A stretch of DNA of 63,930 nt, counting the filler, from Octopus bimaculoides (Eukaryota): the NCBI RefSeq assembly GCF_001194135.2. It is 9 parts of 6 records of this genome, joined end to end, with 100 filler letters (N's around TTAATTAATTAA, not from the genome) between each part and the next. Parts side by side here need not be neighbours in the genome. Positions count along the whole stretch, not along the records: positions 1 to 27,203 come from NC_068982.1; positions 27,304 to 30,566 come from NC_068986.1; 7 more parts are not named here. One strand, given 5' to 3'. The translations under genes were made by a program, and so were the position numbers. This document shows, in pieces, positions 14,313 to 27,421 of this stretch. The first letter of the stretch is position 1, and each line of letters opens with the position of its first letter. Under the pieces are notes generated by a model. It saw only the letters and a list, made by a program, of their open reading frames with translations. It was not told where the DNA came from and searched no databases.

Positions 14313-14515
14313 CTCTGCAATGAATTGATTGTGGTCTCCTTCATACTCCATGGATACTGGGTAACTGATCCCATGAATCTTATGGTTAAAGAAAAAAAAA
14401 ACCCAAAAAAACACCCCATCCAACTGAGAGTTGTTGGATAGGAGCTTTTCCAGTAGTTCAATCTACACAATTTACTCGTAAGTTCAAAGTGTTCAGTGGA
14501 GTCCTGAAAACTCAC

Positions 14516-14565
14516 CTAATGGGTTATGATGAGATTCATTAATTATCAGTGACATACTGTGAGTA
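14516..14565 (-). CDS. Candidate 50-nt exon
   Basis: Acceptor cacattttttttcag, donor AG|gtgagt, one open frame (THSMSLIINESHHNPL). No homology recognised. Confidence 0.25.
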
Positions 14566-16318
14566 CTGAAAAAAAATGTGCTGAACATTATAATTAAGTG
14601 TTCATATCATTTTATTAAATAAATACCATATGTTTAAACAACATTGTACTACATTTAATGTAATATGCTGTCAGTTATGTTTAACATAAATAACTGTGTT
14701 AAACTCTTAACTAGTTGGAAGAGAAAATAAATCTTAAGAAAAACTGTTACACTAAAATAACACTCAAGCAACATGTTTCAAGACAGATTGTAATGACTGC
14801 TGTCTTATCACTGACAAAGATGGCAATTTGGCAAAGTAAGGGCATCATTGGATACAATGTCTTATATTTTTTCTGGCTTTCTACTCTGATCTGAAATCCT
14901 TGCATTGCACAGTTCCCATTTTTGCTTCTCACACTTTCCAGCTAACTAAATTTTTCACAAAAAATATCAGTGATACTAAGATATTTTGCAATAGGATCAA
15001 AACTGAAATTTACATAGTTGTAAAGTGAGTTTGTAAAATACATAGCCATGTTCTATAGTCTGATAGTGATCAAAGTATATTACTGGTACTATCTAGTTCA
15101 AAGCAGAGGTTTGGTGGAATTTATAAAGCAACGGACTGGATGCTTTGTGATCTGTATTCTGGTGATGGCAAAACCTGCTGATGAAACTGGTGCCAAATTA
15201 TATCAATCTTTGCTTTCCTTTGGACACTGTTAGTAGCTTGAAGAGAGGAATTTGTATGCATACATAACTGCTAGTCTGCCATTAAAAAAAAAAAACTTGC
15301 CCAAGCATGTAGCTTGGAGAAGGCCTTTCTGGGAGCTTGATATGTTGAATCAGGATTTTACAATAGATACTGAAGCCCTGGACATTTCATTTAACTATGT
15401 ATGGTAATGACAAAGGATATTGTCTCTTCTTTCATGATATCTCTGCAATGAGATTCTGACTGTGCTGGCCTTAATTTTGCTGGACTTCAAGTTGTTTAAT
15501 CTCATGTCATCCCTGGTTGAGCTGACATAGGATTAAAGATTTAATCAACCCTTCTATCTCTCTCTCTCTTTTCAGATGCAGGGTTTGTGTTCTTTTCTTT
15601 CTCAAAACTACTGATTATTGTACAAAAATAATTTGGCTGCTATTTCTACCAGGTTCAGCAACCATGTTGAAGATCCTTTGTTATAAATGCTTGCTAGTTT
15701 TATAACCAAAACTGAATGATGGCAGAGTAACCAATTTATGTTGAATTTTAAACCGGAAAATTAAATTCTTAAATCATTATTTTATTGCATGTGTGTGTGG
15801 CGTGTGTGTGTGTGTGTGTGTGGCGTATGTGTGTTTGTGTGTATGTGTGTCATTGTGAAAGAGAGGTTATGTATGCCTCTCTCTCTCTCTCTCTCAACAG
15901 TCAACACAATACCCAACAGACACTAAATATAGGTTCCTGGCAGTTATATAAACAACACTGTCAGGAAAATTTTTCTGTTTGCATTGTAATTAAAAATGAA
16001 TTCATTTTATTACTAAGCACAGAGAAATTTTAAAGAGAGAGATGAGGTTTAAAGTCAATTGAATTATTTTATTGCAATTGATAAACAATAGTGTTTTTGG
16101 TTATAGGTTTGCAACAGACCAATCTCTGGTTCACTGTAATTCTGATGTAAGAGTGATAAGGGTGTTCCTGTAATTCAATGCAGAGCAAGTACAACAGAGG
16201 ACTTCATTCAAAGAGCAACATTTGCAGGGTTTTTTTTCTTTGCTAATGTTTACATCCTTTACCAATACATTAATAAAGCAATATACATATACACACTTGC
16301 ATATGTACATACATGTAG

Positions 16319-16422
<104 letters not shown>

Positions 16423-17045
16423 GTATATATACATATATATACACATACATACATACATACATACATACATACATACATACATGTATATATATTGTAAAGC
16501 GGTTTGTGTTAGCAAGACCATCCAACCATAGGATCAAAGGCCTTCTAATTGTGACCATCATGTATTTTCCTAAGAGCAACGAAAAAAGAACAATATTATC
16601 AACATGTCTTCTCAAATGGTAGGAGATATTTGAGGAGAGGGTAATTTTGCAGCTGTTTTTAGCAAGCTGAAAGATAACATAGAGCAACAATTTTCTAATT
16701 TTTTCCAACTACCACCCACCCAACTTTCTTTTACTAACAAGTTTTCAATACTGTCTTGCTATGATCCAGTACAATTAAATACACCACATGTACATATGCA
16801 TATATGTGCACACACTTGCAAGGATGTTAAGTGTGCAGTGGCTGTCTTTATTGCATGTATGTTAATACCCACAAATTTTGGCAATAACTTTTAAACTATA
16901 CTTTTAGTTTATTGTTTATAATTTACATGAATATGTGGCATACTAATCAGTTTTGTTTGCATACTTATTTACATTTCAAAGTTTATTATTATTGTTGATG
17001 TTGTCATTGTGACCATGGTTAAAAATCAACAGTTGATCATAACAT

Positions 17046-17302
17046 TACTCTTTTACTCTTTTGCTTGTTTCAGTCTTTTTGACTGTGGCCATGCTGGAGC
17101 TCCGCCTTTAGTCGAGGAAATCGACCCCAGGACTTATTCTTTGGAAGCCTAGTACTTATTCTATCGGTCTCTTTTGCCGAACCACTAAGTTACGGGGACG
17201 TAAACACATCAGCATCGGTTGTCAAGCGATGTTGAGGGGACAAACACAGACACATACACACACACACACATAGCTACTTACCACACAGCCACTCCTATGC
17301 CT
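17046..17302 (-). mobile_element. SINE family B with internal deletion
   Basis: The 3' tail and (CA)n join directly to the first ~30 bp of the head; the B-box and central domain are missing. Confidence 0.85.
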
Positions 17303-18110
17303 ATAAACATGAATTTATGTTATAAATTAATATTCTTGTAGAAAATAAAGATTAAATAAGCTGCATACATGTATCTATCACTTCTCTACCACCCCTTTTG
17401 CTCCCAGTACTCATCGTCCCCCTGCTTTTGTCCCCATGAGTGGCATTAAACACTGTGAGAAGCACTGGCATAAATGCTCCCTCGTTAGCTCATATTCTGA
17501 AGTTCCTTTCTCTGAGCCCTATTTTATGTAACCCAAATAGGATGGCAAATGGAAAAAAAACAAACTAAAGTACATTGAAACAAGAGTAATTCAAATACAG
17601 AACATCATGGTTCTACTTTAAATTTCAGGACAGAAATCTTATTGAAACATAGTTAAAAACTCAGTCCATATCTTCTCCAACAAATCTTCTGCAAATGGTT
17701 CAAATAATAATAATAATAATAATAATAATCATAATAATAATAATAATAATGATAATGAAAAAAATGTTTCAGACAATAAAAAAGAAGGGACTTGAAGAAA
17801 TGGAAACCAAACATGAAAAGTATTAAATACATGTATTTTTTTTATAGCATTGCTTCTTAAAAAATGTAGAAGTCTTACAAATTCCAGCAGACTGCTTTGT
17901 CATTTGAAAGATTTTTCTATATTTCATTGCAATTTTCTTACTTATATTAAATATTATTCCCCACGCATACCTATCATATTCCTTTATTTTTCAACCAATT
18001 ATCTTGATCTGGGTAAAAAGCTAAAAAGATATTTACTTTCATTCTTTTAGTTTATAAAAATGTATGTATGCATGCATATATGGTTTATCTACACCCTCCT
18101 TCTCTCTCTC

Positions 18111-18161
<51 letters not shown>

Positions 18162-18205
18162 ACAAACACATACACACAAAAATGCATGTATGTATTTCTT
18201 TCCAT

Positions 18206-18239
<34 letters not shown>

Positions 18240-18383
18240 TGCATGTATGCATGCATCTCTTTCTTTCTTTCTGTCCCTCTTATGCATACATACATACATA
18301 CATATATACATATATGTATATGTATGTATATATCGCTATATATATCTATATGTGTGTGTGTGTGTGTGTGTGTATATGTATGA

Positions 18384-18419
<36 letters not shown>

Positions 18420-19134
18420 TCATTTGTGTGTTGTGTGTGTTGATATAAGTATATGTAAGCATGCTTTTTTTTTTTTGGTATAGGAATACTTTTCCTTTAA
18501 TTGGACTCTTCAGCATCAGCCTTGCATCTGGTCTTCTATGCAAGGCAATTAATATTCTATACATTATTCTATTCCAGATTTTGTCATCTCTTAAAACAAA
18601 TTTTATATATTTGGGGCAGTTTGATTCCGAGAAAGAAAGAGTGACATTTTAGTTTCATGGCATTAACCACCACCTGAGAATTTAGATGATTAACTACAAC
18701 TCTACATTGCATGCTTTGTGTGTGTGTGTGCGCGCGCGCGCGTGTTTGCATGCGTGTGCGTGTGTGAGTTTATGCGTGTATGCATGTGTGTGTATGTATA
18801 TATACTTATTATTATTATAATTCCTATTATTATGATATTATAGTCATATGACACCCAATTAATGGTACCAAGTGGTTTCATGCTACAAGTGGAGAAGTGA
18901 GTTTAGCAATCATCTGAACACAGTTGTAGTGTATATTTACCAGCGAATATTGGGGCCTAGATCTTTTTTCATTTAACACAAAGATTGGCTGCACTTGATT
19001 GCTGGAAATGCCCAAAATGTTCAATTGTTCAAGATGTATAAATTTATTTTTAAATATTTATTTGTCACACACACACACATACAAAAAAAAAAACCGGTTA
19101 TAATTTTGTTAATTAGCATAGAAAGCTACGTATT

Positions 19135-19341
19135 CTTTTAGTCATTCATTCTTTTACATATTTCCATTATTGAACTGTGGCCATGAAGGGTTTTGTCAAA
19201 CAAATCAACCCTAGTACTTATTCTTTGTAAGCCTAGTACTTATTCTGTCGGTTTCTTTTGCCGAACCACTAAGCTACGAGGATGTAACCACACCAGCATC
19301 GGTTGTCAAGCGATGTTGGGGGGACAAACACAGACACACAA

Positions 19342-19384
<43 letters not shown>

Positions 19385-19591
19385 NNNNNNNNNNATATAT
19401 ATATATATATATACACATACATATATACGACAGGCTTCTTTCAGTTTCCGTCTACCAAATCCACTCACAAGGCTTTGGTCAACCCGAGGCTATAGTAGAA
19501 GACATTTGCCCAAGGTGCCATGCAGTGGGACTGAACCCAGAACCATGTGGTTGGTAAGCAAGCTACTTACCACACAGCCACTCCTACGCCT
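19135..19591 (-). mobile_element. Full-length SINE family B
   Basis: Head, central ccttgggcaaatgtcttctactatagcc domain, internal (TA)n/(TG)n and tail all align with 26194-26630. Confidence 0.9.
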
Positions 19592-19730
19592 TATTGTTCA
19601 CTTTTTGCCAAACCACTAGGCTACTTTGGTTGGTGGGAGACATAAAGAAACTACCACCAGCTGTTAAGTTCTGGGGTGCGGAGCAAACATGAATATACAC
19701 ATAGATATATAAATATGAATATACATATTT

Positions 19731-20251
19731 AGGATATTTGCGGTTTTTGTCACTTTTTACAATTTTGTTCCAATTGTTTTCAAATTTGGTATATGGATTA
19801 AGTTTTGTATGCTAATTATGAAAATGAAATTCCTTTTCCCTATAAATCCATAATTAAAAAGTTACTAGCCTTTAAAATTTGCTAAATTTGGGTATTTTAT
19901 AAATTACCCAATCAGAAGCAAGTATTTTACACATCACCATGGCAAAAATTTCTATTTCCATAGTAACCAAAGCAAAGAAGCACCATGTGTTATAAAATCC
20001 TAGTTTAATGTTTTGACATGCCGATGCCCCCTTCCCCCTTGATGATGGAAGAGGCAGCGAATGTGCTGTTTTCTGACTAGCTGAAAATTCTGAAAACTAT
20101 CAAACTTTGAATACCTGTAACATTTTTGCAAAATTTTTCTAGGATAAATGAATAACAAATTCGAATTCAGTGTCAAAAATTACATCTATATGATACATAA
20201 AAATATTTTTTAAAGATAATTGTAAACAGTGACGAAAACCACAAAGATCCC
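19731..20251. mobile_element. ~520-bp MITE
   Basis: 34-bp imperfect TIRs, aggatatttgcggtttttgtcactttttacaatt and aattgtaaacagtgacgaaaaccacaaagatccc; atattt flanks both sides. Confidence 0.75.
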
Positions 20252-20716
20252 ATATTTGTTTATGGTAGGCTTCTATCCTGTTTCCATTTACCATATTTAC
20301 TCACAAGGCATTGGTTGGCCTGAGGCTATAGTAGAAAATACCTCCGCAAGGGTCCATGCAGTGGGACTGAACCCAAAACCACAAAGTTTGCAATGTAAGC
20401 TTCTTAACCACATAACCTTTTCTGTATCTAAAAATCCCCCCCCCCCCCAAAAAAAAAAACAACCTTATCTGGTGTGTCAAATTGAAAAGATCCTTGGAGC
20501 CTCTATCTGATTGATCAAGCTGCTAGAAATAGCAGTCAAATATCCTTCTTATCTCACCTTAGAATGATTAAGAGAAATAACAGAGTGGACACTGTAGTAC
20601 TAGATCTATTTGAGAAACTAAATGAGAATGGTCAAGGCTGGAGTACCTTCGGTCACAGGCCTAGAGCTAAACGACAACAACAACAACATTATAAAATAAT
20701 TATCATTTTTTTATAC

Positions 20717-21102
20717 ACTTTTACTTTTTTACTTATTTCAGTCATTTGACTGTGGCCATGCTGGAGCACCGCCTTTTAGTCGAACTAATCGACCCCAGGA
20801 CTTATTGTTTGTGAGCCTAGTACTTATTCTATCGGTCTCTTTAGCCGAACCGCTAAGTTACGAGGACGTAAACACACCAACATCGGTTGTCAAGCGATGT
20901 TGGGGGGGGACAAATACAGACACACAAACATGTACACACACACATACATATATATATATACATATATACGATGGGCTTCTTTCAGTTTCCGTCTACCAAA
21001 TCCACTCACAAGGCTTTGGTTGGCTCGAGGCTATAGTGCCACGCAGTGGGACTGAACCCGGAACCATGTGGTTGGTAAGCAAGCTACTTACCACACAGCC
21101 AC
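20717..21102 (-). mobile_element. SINE family B, near full-length
   Basis: Same architecture as 26194-26630, with a short deletion in the central domain. Confidence 0.9.
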
Positions 21103-22586
21103 TTTTTTTTTTTATTTTCTTTGCTGCTGACAATTTGATTGCCTAATTCTGAGTTGCATACTTTGAACACTTTAATCAGACATGTGAATTTGTAGAACTA
21201 TCACACTGTCAGTAGTATGAAAAGAGATTACAAAATCCTTGCAAAAAAACATAAAACATGCTACCCCCAAAAGAACAAAACCACCACCACCACCACCACC
21301 ACCACAACAGCAACAAGAACAACACACACACACACACACAAAGCCTAAACTGTTAAACATTAATAGACTAAACAAAGGGATGAATGGAATTGCTGGTCTG
21401 TAAATGTTTTAATGCAAAGTAAACTAAAACGCAAGACTCTTAACAATTAAGTAAATCATACCAAAGAAATTATTGGTTCATAAAGATTCTAAACGTACGT
21501 GGAAGCACTTGAGGATAAAAAAGAATGTAAACGAAGTTTTAAAGATTGGGAGACAGGCTTTTATTTGAGTTTAGTGTAAACCAGATAGGCTGACAACCCA
21601 TCAAAATGTCCACTAGTGTAAACATCAGCTATAACAATTATTCTCTGATTTACCATATTCTTTCATGTTGGAACTTTAAAGAATGATGAAGATCAAAACT
21701 TAAGAAATGGTTAGGAAATACTTCAAACCAGATAAATAGTTACTGTAATTAGTTTTGTTTTCTTTTTCTTAATTACCAGTGTTTCTTCAACTGCAGACAA
21801 ACTACAAGAGATATTTACTATATTGGACTAATTGTCATGAGCCATTAATCCTATATATATANNNNNNNNNNNNNNNNNNNNNNNNNNNNNNNNNNNNNNN
21901 NNNNNNNNNNNNNNNNNNNNNNNNNNNNNNNNNNNNNNNNNNNNNNNNNNNNNNNNNNNNNNNNNNNNNNNNNNNNNNNNNNNNNNNNNNNNNNNNNNNN
22001 NNNNNNNNNNNNNNNNNNNNNNNNNNNNNNNNNNNNNNNNNNNNNNNNNNNNNNNNNNNNNNNNNNNNNNNNNNNNNNNNNNNNNNNNNNNNNNNNNNNN
22101 NNNNNNNNNNNNNNNNNNNNNNNNNNNNNNNNNNNNNNNNNNNNNNNNNNNNNNNNNNNNNNNNNNNNNNNNNNNNNNNNNNNNNNNNNNNNNNNNNNNN
22201 NNNNNNNNNNNNNNNNNNNNNNNNNNNNNNNNNNNNNNNNNNNNNNNNNNNNNNNNNNNNNNNNNNNNNNNNNNNNNNNNNNNNNNNNNNNNNNNNNNNN
22301 NNNNNNNNNNNNNNNNNNNNNNNNNNNNNNNNNNNNNNNNNNNNNNNNNNNNNNNNNNNNNNNNNNNNNNNNNNNNNNNNNNNNNNNNNNNNNNNNNNNN
22401 NNNNNNNNNNNNNNNNNNNNNNNNNNNNNNNNNNNNNNNNNNNNNNNNNNNNNNNNNNNNNNNNNNNNNNNNNNNNNNNNNNNNNNNNNNNNNNNNNNNN
22501 NNNNNNNNNNNNNNNNNNNNNNNNNNNNNNNNNNNNNNNNNNNNNNNNNNNNNNNNNNNNNNNNNNNNNNNNNNNNNNNNNNNNNN

Positions 22587-22651
<65 letters not shown>

Positions 22652-22668
22652 TACATATATATAGTGAA

Positions 22669-22987
22669 AGTGTGTGACTTAGTGATTAGGTTATTTGGCT
22701 TCTGGTCATAAGATTATGAGTTTGATTCCTGGTGGCACATTGCATTCTTGAGCAAGACACTTTATTTCATATTGTTCCAGTCCACTCAGTTGGCGAAAAT
22801 GAGATGTACCTATATTTCAATGGGCCAACGTTGTCACATTCTTGCCATGCTTAATCTCCCTGAGAACTATGTAAAAGATACATGTATCTGTGGAGTGCTC
22901 AGTCACTTGTATGTTGATTTCGTGAGCAGCCTGTTCCCCTAATCTGATCAGCTGAAACATTTGTTATCATAACCAAAGGAGTGCCAC
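22669..22987 (+). mobile_element. Old SINE sharing the family C 3' module
   Basis: Degenerate tRNA head and a different central domain (cttgagcaagacactttatttc...ccactcagttggc), then ctgagaactatgt...tgtggagtgctcag...ggagtgcca. Confidence 0.7.
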
Positions 22988-22989
22988 TT

Positions 22990-23106
<117 letters not shown>

Positions 23107-23418
23107 AAACTTGGTTATAAATACAGGAATGGCTGAATGATTAAAATGTTTACTTGGCATATAGAAGTTCCCACAGACACCCAGTCTTAAACCCCTGTTA
23201 TGAGCTGAAGAACCTCAGTAATAAGAATAGGCTAAGAACTGAGCCCTGACAGACATCTAACTGCATGCTAAATTCCTCTCTGAATTCATTGCAAAAGGTC
23301 ACCTTAGTGTGTGTATATGCGTGGATGTATATATACAAACATATGTACAATCATATGCAGGCATGCATACATACATGTATACATACACAAACACAGACAT
23401 ACATACAAACAAACATAC

Positions 23419-24085
23419 ATGATGGCCGTCCAATCATGACCAAGGAAGACCATTGCTGACCTTCAGGAACATTGTGTGCTCTAGGACTAACTTATATTTT
23501 GCATTTGCAGCTCCGTTGGTGGCTAATGAGCCCTGCTCTTGACAAGCATACACAACTGCAAACATTGCAGACCAAGCTTTCCCCATTCACTATACAAGCC
23601 ATGCACTTTCACACAGCTCACTTAAGTTCTTCATGCTGGATATATGCTCTCTCAAAAGTGTCGATCCCCTCCTTAACCTGCTTCCTCCATCTGTGGTGAT
23701 GATAGGCATTGTTCTCCCAGTCAGTGTCCTGTATATCACAGGCCTTTAATGAGGACTTGACACAGTCCTTAAATTGCAGCCTTGGTTTCTGTTGGAGTCT
23801 CCTTCCATTCATAAGTTCTCCATATAGCATCTGCTTAGGAATCCTGCCATCCTTCATCCTAATAAGGTGTCCAGTCCAACGTAACTGCTGTATGTGCACC
23901 ATTGCCTCAATACTCAAGATATCAGTTGTCTTCAAGACCTGTGTGTCTGGAATTTTTGAGGTCCAACCAACATTGAGAATGTGTCTGAGACATCTCTGAT
24001 GCAAGCGTTCAAGGACCCTTACCTGACGTTTGTACAGAGTCCATGTCTCAATTGAGTAGAGGAGTGATGTCAGTACCTGGGCAGC
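23419..24085 (-). mobile_element. 5'-truncated RTE (BovB-like) LINE: ORF2 C-terminus and short 3'UTR
   Basis: VLTSLLYSIETWTLYKRQVRVLERLHQRCLRHIL...LRWTGHLIRMKDGRIPKQMLYGEL...KPRLQFKDCVK, then after an internal stop a terminal C2H2-like finger (CNVC...LISHQRSC). Confidence 0.92.
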
Positions 24086-25212
24086 ACACTCAGCTGTTCT
24101 TGCTCCCTGGATGAGGAAATATCTTTCAGGTTGCAGAGAGCAACTAATTCCTTCTGGTCTCTTCAGTCTCGTGTCTGGTCCCAGTATGGCATCGCAAGGC
24201 AAACAAAAGTTGCTGTGTACATACATACATACATACATACATCACTGTGAAGCAAGGAAATGAAAACTCAGAGCTGCAAAGGAATGAAAGACATAGCTTA
24301 GAAAAGCTATACAAAAATCTTTTGTGTATCTTGAGTATCTTCTGCTTTGCTTGTATGTGAATGTATATATAAGTACGTATATGAATGTGAATGTATATAT
24401 AAGTACGTATATGTATATGCATGCATGTGTATATGTGTGTGTCTATACTGTGTGTTGCCATTGCTACTGCTACCACCACTGTTACCATCATTAAAACTGT
24501 TGTCATTTGTTTAATACCCTTATTATTATTATTTTTTTTTTTTGGCAATATGGCATTAATAAATATAATAAAATCATATGCGTTATTAATGAGTGTGATA
24601 ATGTCAGATTTATTAATAACTCATTTGAAAATACAGACATTATTTAATATGATGGAATATCGTATAAACAACAAATGAATAAACAAACATTATATACAAA
24701 AATATAAAACATACAATAAAATACTATAGTAATAACTCAGAGCCATCTAATTACTGTAAATGGTTTATAGCCTGCTCAAAAATTGGTCTAGTAATATTAT
24801 GGCTCTGATGTGCTCTATTAAACAAATTTACTATTTAGTCAGGGTACTATCATGGTTATTACATTAGGTATAATTGGGATATTGACCAAATGTCCTGATA
24901 TTGTAATGGTGTATGTATCCCGAATGAAATGAGATGAAATGTTATATTGTTAGTGTCTTTAGAATCACAGATATCAAGCCATTATATCATGAATATATCA
25001 CTGGTTATCAATTATCAGAAGCACGGTTTGTTAACTCTTGTATTTCCCACCTTTCAACATCGTCTTTTTTTTTTTCATAGATTTATTGACAAAGGTTATT
25101 GACAGTAGCATCTTCATCCTCCTCCTTAACAACAACCCTTGCTGCTGCCACTACTGCCACCACCACTGCCACCACCACTCTCACTGGTTTTACACCTTAT
25201 TTACCTTATGAA

Positions 25213-25543
25213 TATTTCTTTTCATACGACTTTCAAGCAAGAACTTGACTTTCGAGCGAGATCGTTGCCAGTGCCCCTGGAATGGCTCTTGTGCGGGTGG
25301 CACATAAAATACGCCCTTTTGAGCGTGGTCATTGCTAGTACCTCCTGACTGGCCTTCGTGCCGGTAACACGTAAAAGCACCCACTACAATCTCGGAAGGG
25401 CATTCAACTGTAGGAAGGGCATCCAACTGTAGAAACTCTGCCAAATCAAATTGGAGCCCGGTGTAGCCATTGGGTTTCACCAGTCCTCAGTCAAATCATC
25501 CAACCCATGCTAGCATGATAAGCGGACGTTAAACGATGATGAT
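25213..25543 (+). mobile_element. RTE LINE 3'UTR fragment
   Basis: gagcgagatcgttgccagtgcccctgg repeats, aagggcatccaactgtagaaactctgcc, ending cggacgttaaacgatgatgat. Confidence 0.8.
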
Positions 25544-25544
25544 A

Positions 25545-25755
25545 CTGGCTTCAGATTATGGCCAGTGATTTCAGAGAAGAGGTTAAGATGATTTACATTG
25601 CCCCCAATGTTCAACTGGTACTTATTTCAACAACCCAAAAGGATGAAAGGCAAAGATGGCCCATGGCGGAATTTGAACTCAGAATGTAAAGCCAGGTGAA
25701 ATGCCAGTAAGCATTTTGCCTGGCATGCTAATGATTCTGGCGACTGATTGTCTTA
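25545..25755 (-). mobile_element. Old SINE family A copy
   Basis: Reverse complement of the family A body and head (ggatgaaaggcaaag...cggaatttgaactcagaa...aagcattttgcc). Confidence 0.75.
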
Positions 25756-26193
25756 ATATTTCTTTTCATACTGCATTTAAATTTCAGTATCCCTACTTCA
25801 TTTAGTTTCTACCTCATGCATCCCATACAACACATAAGCAAATACACATAGCAAAAGACACATACACATACCTCCATATGCACATGCCACAAAAAATTCC
25901 ACCATCATCTTATGGGCTGTAAACAGAGTTTAAATCTGGATCTCTGACACTATATCTGTTTATTTCAAAAATTCTTTTTTAAATTCCAGTTTTCGATTTA
26001 CCTAGATAAATTTTCTCCATGGTCATAAAATTTGACTTTACCATGATAAATTTTGTGTTTCTGTGGTTGTTTCTTATGATAGCTAAGATGTGTTGAAAAG
26101 CTAAAATGTAATATTTACTTATATTCTTATCTCCCTTACATCAGTAGAATGTTCAGTACAATTATGCAGAAATTTTATTCACAATAATTAAAC

Positions 26194-26630
26194 GAGTGGC
26201 TGTGTGGTAAGTAGCTTGCTTACCAACCACATGGTTCCGGGTTCAGTCCCACTGCGTGGCACCTTGGGCAAGTGTCTTCTACTATAGCCTCGGGCCGACC
26301 AAAGCCTTGTGAGTGGATTTGGTGACAGAAACTGAAAGAAGCCCGTCGTATATATGTATATGTATATATATATGTGTGTGTGTGTATGTGTGTGTGTGTG
26401 TATGTGTGTGTGTGTGTATGTGTGTTTGTGTGTCTGTGTTTGTCCCCCCAACATCGCTTGACAACCGATGCTGGTGTATTTACGTCCCCGTAACTTAACC
26501 GTTCGGCAAAAGAGACCAATAGAATAAGTACTAGGCTTACAAAGAATAAGTCCTGGGGTCGATTTGTTCAACTAAAGGTGGTGCTCCAGCATGGCCGCAG
26601 TCAAATGACTGAAACAAGTAAATAAGTAAA
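26194..26630 (+). mobile_element. Full-length tRNA-derived SINE, family B
   Basis: A-box-like tggctgtgtgg, B-box-like ggttcagtccc, CORE-like accttgggcaagtgtcttc, internal (TA)n(TG)n, tail ending ggccgcagtcaaatgactgaaacaagtaaa. Confidence 0.92.
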
Positions 26631-26721
26631 TGAGCATGTAGACACACCAGACATCATTATATCATTAGATAACATATTAGTACAAATGCATAGTGTACAG
26701 AGATACATCATCACCATCGTC

Positions 26722-26935
26722 ATCATCATCATTTAATGGCCTCTTTTTCATGCTTGTATAGGTCAAATGGAATTTGTTGTGGCAGACTTTCTATGGCCAA
26801 ATGCCATTCCTTTTACTGACCCTCACCTGTTTTCAAGTGGTGTAATACTTTCCCATGGAAACACTGGAAATGAACAGCATTGCTTGTATGATGGTGATGC
26901 TTCTTTACAGTTTATCATATGATATCAAGACAAGG
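26722..26935 (-). mobile_element. Old RTE-type 3' fragment
   Basis: catcatcatcatttaatg...catgcttgtataggtcaaatggaatttgttgtggcag; a related copy lies at 30125-30277 (+). Confidence 0.55.
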
Positions 26936-27162
26936 GTATGCACAAACACATGCACACTAACATACACACATATACATACATACATACACACACACATATA
27001 AAAATACATACAACAGTTCTCTTTCAGTTTCTATTTACCAGGAATTGAAAGAGGATCTGGGACTATAGTTGGAGACACTTGCCCAAGGTGCCACACAATG
27101 GAGTTGAACTCAAGACCACATGGTATGGAAGCAAGCTTCTCAACCACACAGTCATGCCTGTA

Positions 27163-27203
<41 letters not shown>

Positions 27204-27303
27204 NNNNNNNNNNNNNNNNNNNNNNNNNNNNNNNNNNNNNNNNNNNNTTAATTAATTAANNNNNNNNNNNNNNNNNNNNNNNNNNNNNNNNNNNNNNNNN
27301 NNN
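27204..27303. other. Artificial scaffold-joining spacer (44 N + TTAATTAATTAA + 44 N); first of eight
   Basis: Identical 100-bp spacer at 27204-27303, 30567-30666, 38438-38537, 46454-46553, 48460-48559, 55536-55635, 59534-59633 and 62336-62435. The 12-mer has stop codons in all six frames. Confidence 0.95.
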
Positions 27304-27421
27304 GTTAAGGGCACACGTGTCTGTGGAGTGCTCAGCCACTTGCACGTTAATTTCATGAGCAGGCTGTTCCGTTGATCGGATCAACTGGAACCCTCGTCGT
27401 CATAAGCGACGGAGTGCCAAC
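27304..27421 (+). mobile_element. SINE family C, 3' part at scaffold start
   Basis: Near-identical to 13690-13806. Confidence 0.9.

Noticed and set aside
17971-18020. Minus-strand segment with good acceptor and donor
   Set aside because: Stop codons in all three frames.
24355-24413. 30-bp tandem duplication (also a 16-bp one at 47543-47574)
   Set aside because: Ordinary local slippage duplications.
27248-27259. TTAATTAATTAA recurring eight times as a possible regulatory or repeat motif
   Set aside because: Always centred in exactly 44+44 N; it is an assembly linker.
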